NCBI GenBank assembly: GCA_964601165.1
Contig: CAZRMK010000002.1
Coordinates: 1-53,175, forward strand
Length of the DNA: 53,175 bases
Source: an uncultured Piscirickettsiaceae bacterium
Lineage (GTDB): Bacteria > Pseudomonadota > Gammaproteobacteria > Thiomicrospirales > Thiomicrospiraceae
Direction of reading: 5' to 3'
The stretch's first letter is position 1, and each line of letters opens with the position of its first letter. The notes under the pieces are model-generated. The model was not told where the DNA came from, made no database searches, and saw only the letters and a program-made list of their open reading frames with translations. This document shows, piece by piece, positions 1 through 8,714 of this stretch. A program made the position numbers and the translations under genes.

Positions 1-29
1 CAAGATTCACTAAAAATTACAAATCTGAA

Positions 30-54
30 TTTACAGAACAAACTTTACACTACC
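30..54 (+). mobile_element. Probable IS256-like terminal inverted repeat (element continues left of the window)
   Basis: TTTACAGAACAAACTTTACACTACC resembles IS256-type ends (GGTAGTGTAAA...) and cuts the ISL3 reading frame at this point. Confidence 0.4.
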
Positions 55-286
55 ACGCCAATTAAATGTCCGCTGACCATGTCATAAACCACTGTCATGT
101 AATCATGGCCTTTGGCTCTAGCTACTTCATCTACTCCAATATAAGTTAAGTCCTTGAGTTGCTCTGGCTCAAGATTTGGTAGGTGTGTTTTTAGCCAGAA
201 TCTGTCAATGTTTTTGACGCTCTCCCAGCGTAAGTCAAGATGTTTGGAAACGGTCTTGATGCTCATATGACGACACATTCCACTAC
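55..286 (-). pseudogene. ISL3-family transposase internal fragment
   Basis: ORF 45..323 contains YIGVDEVARAKGHDYMTVVYDMVSGHLIGV, the ISL3 first catalytic-Asp region, preceded by an HTH-like segment; truncated at both ends. Confidence 0.8.
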
Positions 287-493
287 ACACAACCAAATTT
301 AAACATGGGAAAGATAAAAGCAAATGTCGTAGCTCTGCCCCCTCTCCCCGAACAAAAAGCCATCGTAGCCAAAGTTGAAAAACTGTTTGCTATTTGCGAT
401 CAACTGGAAAACCAAGTAGACCAAAACCAACGCCATGCCGAAAAATTGATGCAATCGGTGCTAAAAGAAGCCTTTGAGCAAAGTAGCAAGTAA
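287..493 (+). pseudogene. hsdS: Type I restriction-modification specificity subunit (HsdS) C-terminal fragment
   Basis: In-frame TQPNLNMGKI...LPPLPEQKAIVAKVEKLFAICDQLE...LMQSVLKEAF is the conserved HsdS C-terminal region; the 5' part is missing. Confidence 0.8.
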
Positions 494-561
494 GTGGAAT
501 AGTTGAGGTGATTTAGGTGTGATTTATAACGGAAATTAAAGTTCCTTATTTAAAAAATTAT

Positions 562-576
562 TGTTATGATAAAAGA
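562..576. promoter_or_regulatory. Candidate Zur box
   Basis: TGTTATGATAAAAGA vs Zur core TGTTATAnTATAACA (11/14), about 90 bp upstream of a znuA-like gene. Confidence 0.45.
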
Positions 577-664
577 CTTGAATTTTATAAAAAAGTTCAC
601 TTTGTTTCACTTAAAATCTAGTCATAAAAAGCTGGAATTAAATGCATGGGGTTAAAAGATTAAA

Positions 665-1621
665 ATGTTTTTTAAAATGTTATTAGCTAGTATTTTGTTG
701 TTTGTGTCATCTTTTGTAATGGCTTTAAATATTGTGGCGACAGTGCCTCCTCTTGCGAGCATGGTTAATCCTTTACTGGATAAAGACGACAATCTAACCA
801 CTTTGTTAACTCCAGGACATACGCCACACGGGTTTCAGTTAAAGCCTTCGCATATGTTGGCTTTAGAGCGAGCAGATATTATTTTAACGGTTGGAACAGG
901 CGTGGATGCTTGGGCATCTAAGGCGTTAGAAAGATGGCCTGAAAAAGTTATTTCAATGGTTGATTTACCAGGATTGGTGAAGTTGGAAATGCGAAGTCAA
1001 GCAGATTGGAGAATTAATTTAATATCTGATGATGAAGAGGGCCATGGTCATAAGCACAGCCATAAACATGGACATAAGCACTCTCATGCTGGACACTCTA
1101 ACCTAGATCCTCATATTTGGTTGTCACCTGATAATGCCCGCCTAATGATTGAATCTTTTGCTCAAGTTTATTCAAAAACTATTAGTGCTAATTCTGAAAA
1201 AGTTGCATTTGATTCAAGAGTTCAACAGTTTTTGTCAGATTTAGAAAAAGTTGATTTGAATATTAAGCAGCAATTATCCCCCATATCTGATCGTGCTTTT
1301 ATTGTATTGCATGATGCTTTTCAGTATTTTCAATTACACTATAACTTAAATGGCGTAGGCGCGATTCAAATTAGTCCTAAGCTTAAACCTAGTTTAAATA
1401 AACTGTTAAAAATACAAGATATTATGGCTGAAAAGAATGTGGTTTGTGTTTTTAAAGAACCTCAGCTTCCTTATAGGCAAGTAGAGCATTTAGTACGGGG
1501 TGTAGATGTAAGAGTGGGTTCACTAGATCCGCTTGGAGGACGTTCTGAAAATGTACGCCATGAGCGTTATGATGTGTTTATTCAAACTTTGGCTGATCAG
1601 TTTGAAGCTTGTTTAAAATAG
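665..1621 (+). CDS. znuA: Zinc ABC transporter substrate-binding protein, copy 1
   Basis: Signal peptide; PHGF, DPHIW, HDAF and LDPLG motifs; His-rich loop GHGHKHSHKHGHKHSHAGH. Confidence 0.9.
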   Translation: MFFKMLLASILLFVSSFVMALNIVATVPPLASMVNPLLDKDDNLTTLLTPGHTPHGFQLKPSHMLALERADIILTVGTGVDAWASKALERWPEKVISMVDLPGLVKLEMRSQADWRINLISDDEEGHGHKHSHKHGHKHSHAGHSNLDPHIWLSPDNARLMIESFAQVYSKTISANSEKVAFDSRVQQFLSDLEKVDLNIKQQLSPISDRAFIVLHDAFQYFQLHYNLNGVGAIQISPKLKPSLNKLLKIQDIMAEKNVVCVFKEPQLPYRQVEHLVRGVDVRVGSLDPLGGRSENVRHERYDVFIQTLADQFEACLK

Positions 1622-1636
1622 TCGTGGTTAAAGAAG

Positions 1637-1796
1637 CCTGAATCCGTACCTTCATTACGGCACATAGCGCAAGCTCTTGTTTCCACAGCGGTTCAAAAAA
1701 TACCCGCTTAACCTATGGGTGAAGCTAAGATTTTTTGATTCCACTGTGAAAACAATATCTTACACTCTGAATCCGCCCTGAAGGTACGGATTCAGG
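1637..1796. mobile_element. MITE family B (160 bp), related to family A
   Basis: Perfect 18-bp TIR CCTGAATCCGTACCTTCA/TGAAGGTACGGATTCAGG; internal inverted arms; no TSD visible. Confidence 0.85.
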
Positions 1797-1841
1797 AAAA
1801 ACTTAACTTCTCAAAACTTTCCAAAAGATTAGGTATCGACG
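1797..1841 (+). pseudogene. Duplicated remnant of the 5' part of ORF 2970..3698
   Basis: 41/45 identical to 3063..3107; 1621..1636 likewise matches 2982..2997. Confidence 0.85.
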
Positions 1842-1852
1842 TTTCTATAAAA

Positions 1853-2014
1853 CCTAGATCCTGCAAGTGCTTGCAGATATCTAGCCTAAGCTATTAACCC
1901 GTATAGCAATTTTAAAATTCTCACCTATCACAATAAGGATAGGTTTGAATTTTAAAATTACTATACGAATCAATGTCTTAATCTGTATACGCACAATCAC
2001 TTGCAGGATTTAGG
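1853..2014. mobile_element. MITE family A, full length (162 bp), divergent copy
   Basis: CCTAGATCCTGCAAGTG...CACTTGCAGGATTTAGG ends; the whole element is an imperfect palindrome; no TSD (TAAAA/TCTTA). Confidence 0.9.
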
Positions 2015-2043
2015 TCTTAATTTCTTATAAAAAGGATAAAAAA

Positions 2044-2982
2044 ATGTTTTTTAGAATGTTATTAGTCAGTATTTTATTGTTTATAGCGTCTCCTGCGATG
2101 GCATTGAATGTAGTGGTGACAATTCCACCTCTTGCGAGTATGGTCAACCCTTTACTGGATGAGGACGATAATATTACTACCTTGTTAACCCCAGGGAATA
2201 TACCACATGGGTTTCAATTAAAGCCTTCTCATATGTTAGATTTAGAAAGGGCAGATATTATTTTAACGGTTGGAACGGGTGTGGATTCTTGGGCAGCTAA
2301 GGCATTAGAAAGGTGGCCTGAAAAAGTTATTTCAATGGTTGATTTGCCAGGCTTGGTAAAGTTGGAAATGCGAAGCCAAGCAGATTGGAGAATTAATTTA
2401 ATATCGGATGAAGAAATAGGTAAAAAGCATAGCCATAAACATTCTCATGCTAGGCATTCACGCTTAGATCCTCATATTTGGTTGTCACCTGATAACGCCC
2501 GCTTAATGATTAAATCTTTTGCTGAAGTTTATTCAAAAACGATTATCTCTAATTATAAAAGGGTCGAATTTGATTCAAGGGTTCAACAGTTTTTGTCAGA
2601 TTTAGAAAAAGTTGATTTAAATATTAAACAACAATTATCTCCAGTATCTGACCGTGCTTTTATTGTATTGCATGATGCTATTCAGTATTTTCAGTTGCAT
2701 TATCAATTAAATGGAGTAGGGGCGATTCAGATTATTCCTGAGCTTAAACCTAGCTTAAATAATCTGTTAAAAATGCAAGATATTATGGTTGATAGGAAGG
2801 TGGTTTGTGTTTTTAAAAAGGTCCAGCTTCCTGACAATCAAGTGAATCATTTAGTACGGGGTCTAGATGTGCGTGTGGGTTCACTAGACCCACTTGGTGG
2901 ACGTTCTGAAAATGTACGCGATGAACGTTATGATGTCTTTATTCAAGACTTGGCTAACCAGATTGAAGCTTGTTTAAAATAA
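2044..2982 (+). CDS. znuA: Zinc ABC transporter substrate-binding protein, copy 2 (tandem paralog)
   Basis: Collinear and highly similar to 665..1621, with a shorter His loop. Confidence 0.9.
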   Translation: MFFRMLLVSILLFIASPAMALNVVVTIPPLASMVNPLLDEDDNITTLLTPGNIPHGFQLKPSHMLDLERADIILTVGTGVDSWAAKALERWPEKVISMVDLPGLVKLEMRSQADWRINLISDEEIGKKHSHKHSHARHSRLDPHIWLSPDNARLMIKSFAEVYSKTIISNYKRVEFDSRVQQFLSDLEKVDLNIKQQLSPVSDRAFIVLHDAIQYFQLHYQLNGVGAIQIIPELKPSLNNLLKMQDIMVDRKVVCVFKKVQLPDNQVNHLVRGLDVRVGSLDPLGGRSENVRDERYDVFIQDLANQIEACLK

Positions 2983-3698
2983 TCGTGGTTAATAAAGTCA
3001 CTTTAATTGGTTTACCTGGCTGTGGAATATCAAGCCTTGAACCAACTTTGTTGGCAGAGTTAAAAAACTTAACTTCTCAAGACTTTCCAAAAGATCAGGT
3101 GTGGACGGTCATTAATATGGCGGAGAGGTTGCCTGATAATAACAATGATAATAATTGGTCAAGCAAGTATCTGTTGCAATGTTTAACCTATTCTAATGCC
3201 ATTGTTTTTACCTTTGTTGAGCAAGCCTGCTTGGAAAAACAGACCAACTGGCAGGCTTGGATTAAGCAGTCTATTAAAATTTTAGAGCTGAATAATTTAC
3301 CACGTTTAAGGTGGCTAAATGGGAAGTTTTCAAAAAACTGGTATCAAGGTTATCTCGAGCGAAAGGTTGCTTCTAAGCAGACTTTAAAAATTAATAATTT
3401 GCCAGCCCTGCCTGTTTTAGATAGTTTTTATTTTCCTATTTCTCGCCTTAATCTAGAACACTTATTTTTTAGTTTAGATGCTCTAAAGCATCATCAAGAA
3501 TTTAATGTTGTTAGAGTGTCAGGGAAAGTTGAAGCAACAGAAAATTTGCCTCCAGTTGCGATTGAAGTGACAGCTGCAGAAATGAAAACCTACCCTCTTC
3601 GTCCGAAAGAGTCTTTAAATCACCAGCTTAAAATTCAGGGTGAGAATTTAAAATATATTATCTTGCAAGAAGTGGTTAATGCTTGTCTATTGCGTTGA
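2970..3698 (+). CDS. Hypothetical protein, remote CobW/COG0523-like (start may be GTG 2985)
   Basis: N-terminal degenerate P-loop LIGLPGCGISSL; C-terminal VVRVSGKV resembles CobW_C; adjacent to znuA. Confidence 0.5.
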   Translation: MFKIIVVNKVTLIGLPGCGISSLEPTLLAELKNLTSQDFPKDQVWTVINMAERLPDNNNDNNWSSKYLLQCLTYSNAIVFTFVEQACLEKQTNWQAWIKQSIKILELNNLPRLRWLNGKFSKNWYQGYLERKVASKQTLKINNLPALPVLDSFYFPISRLNLEHLFFSLDALKHHQEFNVVRVSGKVEATENLPPVAIEVTAAEMKTYPLRPKESLNHQLKIQGENLKYIILQEVVNACLLR

Positions 3699-3717
3699 CC
3701 TTATGGACATTTAGATA

Positions 3718-3742
3718 ATTTCCGACTAAAATAGTCAGGATT
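3718..3742. promoter_or_regulatory. IscR/Rrf2 type-1 operator upstream of sufB
   Basis: ATTTCCGACTAAAATAGTCAGGATT; the core CCGACTAAAATAGTCAGG fully matches YYGACTRWWWYAGTCRRS. Confidence 0.7.
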
Positions 3743-3759
3743 TAAATAATGGCTAGTAA

Positions 3760-5256
3760 ATGATGTCTCAAATTACCCAATATCAAGAAATTAATGACCT
3801 TTTAATAAGCAAAGATAAGGCTTACAAAGAAGGTTTCGTTACTAATACTGTGGTTGAAACCTTTGAAAAAGGTCTAAACGAGTCGGTGGTTCGTGCAATT
3901 TCGGCGAAGAAAAATGAACCTCAGTGGATGCTGGATTTTCGTTTAAAAGCTTTTAAGCATTGGTTAACAATGGAAGAGCCACACTGGGCAAAAGTTAATT
4001 ATGAACCTTTAGATTACCAAGATTACAGTTACTATTCTGCTCCAGAATGTGGCAGTTGTACCAGTGATTCTGATGCAGAAGACTCTGATTCAGAAGGAAT
4101 TGATCCTGAAGTAGCTAAGGCTTTTGCAGCTTTAGGCGTGCCTATTTATGACGATGAGGATTCTCCCAATATTGCAGTTGATGCAATTTTTGATTCAATT
4201 TCTGTTTCTACCACTAAGCGTAAAGACTTATCTGAGCTAGGAATTATTTTTTGTTCTTTTTCAGAAGCCGTACAAGAATACCCAGAACTGGTTAAAAAAT
4301 ATATTGGCACAGTTGTGCCCTATCATGACAACTATTTTGCCGCTTTGAATTCAGCAGTAGCTTCTGATGGAACCTTTGTTTATATTCCTGAAAATGTTCG
4401 ATGCCCGATTGATTTATCAACTTATTTTCGCATTAATGAGGAGAAGACAGGTCAGTTTGAGAGAACTATTTTAGTGGCAGATAAGGGGAGCTATGTTAGT
4501 TATTTAGAGGGCTGTTCTGCACCGGTTAGAGATAGCTATCAGTTACATGCAGCAGTGGTTGAAGTTATTGTGCTTGAAAATGCAGAAGTGAAATATTCCA
4601 CTGTACAAAACTGGTACGCTGGCGATAAAGATGATAAAAGTACTAAAGGAGGAGGGATTTTAAACTTCGTCACTAAGCGCGGTATTTGCGAAGGTAAAAA
4701 CTCAAAGTTATCTTGGACTCAAGCAGAAACAGGGTCGGCGATTACTTGGAAGTATCCAAGCTGTATTTTAAAGGGTGATAATTCTGTTGGAGAATTTTAT
4801 TCTGTTGCTTTGACTAATCATCGTCAGCAAGCTGATACCGGTACCAAAATGATTCACATTGGTAAAAATACCAGCAGTACCATTATTTCCAAAGGTTTGT
4901 CCGCTGGAGCAAGTGATAATACTTACCGAGGTCTAGTTAAAGTAGCTGCTTCCGCAGAAGGAGCAAGAAATTTTACCCAGTGTGATTCTATGTTGATTGG
5001 TGATAAATGTGGTGCGCATACTTTTCCTTATATTGAAGTAAGTAACCCCACCGCTACAATGGAACATGAAGCAACTACTTCTCGTATTGGTGAAGATCAA
5101 CTGTTTTATTGCAAACAACGGGGTATTAGTGAAGAGGATGCTATTTCTATGATTGTGAATGGCTTTTGTAAGGATGTGTTTAAAGAATTACCGTTAGAAT
5201 TTGCTCAAGAAGCAGAAGAATTATTAGCAATCAGCTTAGAAGGCTCAGTAGGCTAG
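3760..5256 (+). CDS. sufB: Fe-S cluster assembly protein SufB
   Basis: [34 protein letters not shown] and LEGSVG C-terminus. Confidence 0.98.
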   Translation: MMSQITQYQEINDLLISKDKAYKEGFVTNTVVETFEKGLNESVVRAISAKKNEPQWMLDFRLKAFKHWLTMEEPHWAKVNYEPLDYQDYSYYSAPECGSCTSDSDAEDSDSEGIDPEVAKAFAALGVPIYDDEDSPNIAVDAIFDSISVSTTKRKDLSELGIIFCSFSEAVQEYPELVKKYIGTVVPYHDNYFAALNSAVASDGTFVYIPENVRCPIDLSTYFRINEEKTGQFERTILVADKGSYVSYLEGCSAPVRDSYQLHAAVVEVIVLENAEVKYSTVQNWYAGDKDDKSTKGGGILNFVTKRGICEGKNSKLSWTQAETGSAITWKYPSCILKGDNSVGEFYSVALTNHRQQADTGTKMIHIGKNTSSTIISKGLSAGASDNTYRGLVKVAASAEGARNFTQCDSMLIGDKCGAHTFPYIEVSNPTATMEHEATTSRIGEDQLFYCKQRGISEEDAISMIVNGFCKDVFKELPLEFAQEAEELLAISLEGSVG

Positions 5257-5287
5257 GTGGAAGAATCTCTATTTAAAGGATATATAG

Positions 5288-6043
5288 ATGTTAGAAGTAT
5301 CAGATTTACAAGCAGAAATTGATGGCAAGCAAATTCTAAACGGCTTGAGTTTAAGCATCAAGCCTGGAGAAATACACGCTATTATGGGTCCCAATGGTGC
5401 AGGTAAGAGTACGCTTGCCAATATTCTTGTTGGTCGTGATGATTATGAGGTAACTGCAGGAAGTGCGGTTTTAGATGGTGAAGATTTACTAGATCTTGAT
5501 GCAGAGGATAGAGCACGTAAAGGGGTGTTTTTGGCATTCCAATACCCAGTTGAAATTCCAGGAGTGAGTAATAAATTATTTATGCAAACCGCAGTAAATG
5601 CTATTCGCGAAGAAAAGGGTTTGCCAGCCTTAGATATGTTTGATTTTGATGAGTATGCTCAGTCTAAAATTGAATTATTGGACATGCGCAAAGATTTATT
5701 AGATCGTTCAGTGAATGTTGGTTTTTCTGGCGGCGAAAAGAAGCGTAATGATATTTTTCAAATGGCTTTGCTAGAGCCGAAGCTATGCATAATGGATGAA
5801 ACTGATTCTGGTTTAGATATTGACGCTTTAAAAGTGGTTGCTGACGGAGTCAATTCTCTGCGTTCTAAAGAACGTAGCTTTATTATTATTACGCACTATC
5901 AGCGCTTATTAGATCATATTAAGCCCGATTATGTCCATGTGCTTTACAACGGTCAAATTGTAAAATCTGGTGGGTTTGAATTGGCACAAGAGTTAGAAGC
6001 AAATGGCTATGATGAAATCATCAAAGCATATCACGCAAATTAA
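5288..6043 (+). CDS. sufC: Fe-S cluster assembly ATPase SufC
   Basis: GPNGAGKST, FQYPVEIPGV, FSGGEKKRN, DETDSGLDIDAL. Confidence 0.98.
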   Translation: MLEVSDLQAEIDGKQILNGLSLSIKPGEIHAIMGPNGAGKSTLANILVGRDDYEVTAGSAVLDGEDLLDLDAEDRARKGVFLAFQYPVEIPGVSNKLFMQTAVNAIREEKGLPALDMFDFDEYAQSKIELLDMRKDLLDRSVNVGFSGGEKKRNDIFQMALLEPKLCIMDETDSGLDIDALKVVADGVNSLRSKERSFIIITHYQRLLDHIKPDYVHVLYNGQIVKSGGFELAQELEANGYDEIIKAYHAN

Positions 6044-6054
6044 GGATAAATAGC

Positions 6055-7389
6055 ATGGTTCAAGTTTCTAATTCTCTGCGTCGTATGAGCCTTTCTGCCC
6101 GAAAAGCAATAGACTTTTACCTTGCGGAATCACAAAAAATAAATGATTGCTGTCAAAATGAGGTGGTAAAAGCGGTACGGTTGCAAGCACAAGATGATTT
6201 TATTCAACAGGGTTTGCCAACTCGTCGGGACGAAGATTGGCAGTATACTCCCTTAACCCAATTTTTAAAACACGCTTTTTCTATTAAGGGTGTAAGCCAA
6301 ATAACACCTGCTCAACTTAAGCCTTTTTTACCTAATTTTGAAGCCTTGCGTTTAGTGTTTGTTGATGGCATTTTTGATGATGAATTATCGGATAGTTTAT
6401 CAGATTTACCAAGAGGATTAGTTGTCGAAATAACCGCAGATTTGCTTGAAGTAGCAGACAAAAATTCTCAACTATTATTGCCTTCAAAAGCCTTAAAAAA
6501 GGAAGTTTTTGCCATTTTAAATACCATGCTAATGCGAGATGGTTTTAATATAGAGGTTGCTAAAAACTTTGATATTGAAATACCTGTATTTGTATTGCAT
6601 GTGCAAACACAAAAAGATCATGCTTCGGTATTACATAACCGCATCAAGCTTGGGCATAATGCAGGCTTGAGCTTGGTCGAACATTCAGTTTCGCTAGATA
6701 CAGAGTTGGAAGGATTTACTGATTTTGTAACAGAGTTTGATTTAGCAGATGGTTCGAGAATGAAGCAGTTAATTGTTCAAGAAGAAAATTTGTTGTCATA
6801 TCATTTCTCAAATCAATTTATTCAACAGGCTGAAAAAAGCCTGTTTGAAACTTTATATATTAACTTAGGTTCTCAGTTAGCACGCCATCAAAATTCGATT
6901 GTTTTAATGGGAGAGCATTGTGAGACTTCACAAAACTCAATTTGTCATGGTAAAGGCAAGCAGTTAATCGATTCAAGAACAGAAATTAACCATGCGATGC
7001 CTCATGGACAAAGTAATCAGCTACATAAGTTTGTGTTAGGTGATCAATCTCGTGGTATCTTTAATGGCATGATTAAAGTGGCGCGTGATGCACAAAAAAC
7101 CGACGGGCAAATGGATAATAAAAACATTTTACTGTCAAGGCAAGCCAAAATGGATGTTAAGCCGCAATTAGAAATTTATGCTGATGATGTCAAGTGTTCG
7201 CATGGTTCTACATCGGGTCAAATTGATGAAAATCAGATTTTTTATCTACAAGCCAGAGGAATTCGCAGAGCTGATGCAGTTAAATTGATCACAGAAGCCT
7301 TTTTGTTAGAGCCTTTAGAATCTATTTCGAATAAAAAAGTACAAAACTGGGCAACAGCTAAAGTTAAACAAAGTTTGAGTATGACATAG
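6055..7389 (+). CDS. sufD: Fe-S cluster assembly protein SufD
   Basis: LPTRRDEDWQYT, KPQLEIYADDVKCSHG, FYLQARGI. Confidence 0.95.
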   Translation: MVQVSNSLRRMSLSARKAIDFYLAESQKINDCCQNEVVKAVRLQAQDDFIQQGLPTRRDEDWQYTPLTQFLKHAFSIKGVSQITPAQLKPFLPNFEALRLVFVDGIFDDELSDSLSDLPRGLVVEITADLLEVADKNSQLLLPSKALKKEVFAILNTMLMRDGFNIEVAKNFDIEIPVFVLHVQTQKDHASVLHNRIKLGHNAGLSLVEHSVSLDTELEGFTDFVTEFDLADGSRMKQLIVQEENLLSYHFSNQFIQQAEKSLFETLYINLGSQLARHQNSIVLMGEHCETSQNSICHGKGKQLIDSRTEINHAMPHGQSNQLHKFVLGDQSRGIFNGMIKVARDAQKTDGQMDNKNILLSRQAKMDVKPQLEIYADDVKCSHGSTSGQIDENQIFYLQARGIRRADAVKLITEAFLLEPLESISNKKVQNWATAKVKQSLSMT

Positions 7390-7392
7390 GTT

Positions 7393-8610
7393 ATGGTAAA
7401 TTTAACAACAATTAGAGCAGAATTTCCCATTTTAAAGCAGACTGAAAATGGTCAGGCATTAGTGTATTTAGACAGTGCAGCCACTTCACAAAAACCTCAG
7501 TGTGTTATCGACGCAATTACTCGCTATTACACCCATGAAAATTCCAATGTTCACAGGGGAGTTTATGGTTTAAGTGAACGTGCGACTGAGTCTTATGAAG
7601 GGGCAAGAGAGAAGGTCAGGGGTTTGTTAAACGCAAAATCAAGCCGTGAAGTGGTGTTTGTTCGGGGAGCGACGGAGGCGATTAATTTAGTTGCATCGTC
7701 TTGGGGAAAAAATAATTTACACTCTGGTGATGAGGTGATTATTACCGAAATGGAGCACCATTCAAATATAGTGCCTTGGCAAATATTAAGAGAAGAGTTA
7801 GGAATTGTTCTGACTATATTAGGAATAAATCCACAAGGTGAAATTTGTTTAAGTGATTTGGAGGGATTGCTGTCAGAAAAAACTAAACTACTCTCTATTA
7901 CCCAAATGTCGAACGCTTTAGGAACCATTAATCCCGTGAAAGATATGATTGCTTTGGCTCATAAAGTGGGAGCAAAAGTTTTGGTAGATGGCGCTCAGGC
8001 CATTCCCCATATGTCGGTAGATGTGCAAGATATGGATTGTGATTTTTATGTTTTTTCTGGACATAAAGCCTATGGTCCCACTGGAATAGGGGTGTTATAT
8101 GCGAAGCAAGCTATTTTAGAGTCTATGCCGCCTTATCAAAGTGGTGGAGATATGATCTATTCTGTTACTTTTGATAAAACAGAATATAATGTTTTACCCT
8201 ATAAATTTGAGGCTGGTACGCCGAATATTGCAGGGGTAATAGGATTAGGTGCGGCGGTTGATTTTTTGCAAAGAATTGGTCAAGATAATATTGGTCATCA
8301 TGAAGCTGAAATTTTAGTCTATGCAACTGCCGAATTAAAGCAGATAGCTGGAATAAAAATTATCGGCGAGGCTACTAATAAAGGTGGGGTACTTTCTTTT
8401 GTGGTTGATGGAGTTCACCCGCATGACGTTGCAACTTTAATGGATCAATATGGTATCGCAGTACGTGCCAGTCACCATTGTGCTATGCCTGTTATGCAAT
8501 ACTTTGATGTCCCCGCAACGATTCGCGCTTCTTTTGGAATTTATAACAATAAAGATGATGTCGATCGCTTAATCTCTTCTCTTAAAGATGCCTTGACTAT
8601 GCTTTTATGA
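7393..8610 (+). CDS. sufS: Cysteine desulfurase SufS
   Basis: YLDSAATSQKP, EHHSN, FSGHKAYGPTG, catalytic RASHHCAMP. Confidence 0.96.
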   Translation: MVNLTTIRAEFPILKQTENGQALVYLDSAATSQKPQCVIDAITRYYTHENSNVHRGVYGLSERATESYEGAREKVRGLLNAKSSREVVFVRGATEAINLVASSWGKNNLHSGDEVIITEMEHHSNIVPWQILREELGIVLTILGINPQGEICLSDLEGLLSEKTKLLSITQMSNALGTINPVKDMIALAHKVGAKVLVDGAQAIPHMSVDVQDMDCDFYVFSGHKAYGPTGIGVLYAKQAILESMPPYQSGGDMIYSVTFDKTEYNVLPYKFEAGTPNIAGVIGLGAAVDFLQRIGQDNIGHHEAEILVYATAELKQIAGIKIIGEATNKGGVLSFVVDGVHPHDVATLMDQYGIAVRASHHCAMPVMQYFDVPATIRASFGIYNNKDDVDRLISSLKDALTMLL

Positions 8611-8714
8611 TGGTTCTTTTTGTAGGCCAAGAAAATTCCAGAAAATTTCAAATGCTATTTTCTAAACCAAGGTATTATATGCAGGGTAGTTATACAACTG
8701 GTTAGAGAAGTCAG

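Noticed and set aside
1040-1100. CATAAGCAC-like repeats in znuA as a VNTR or array
   Set aside because: They simply encode the normal His-rich loop
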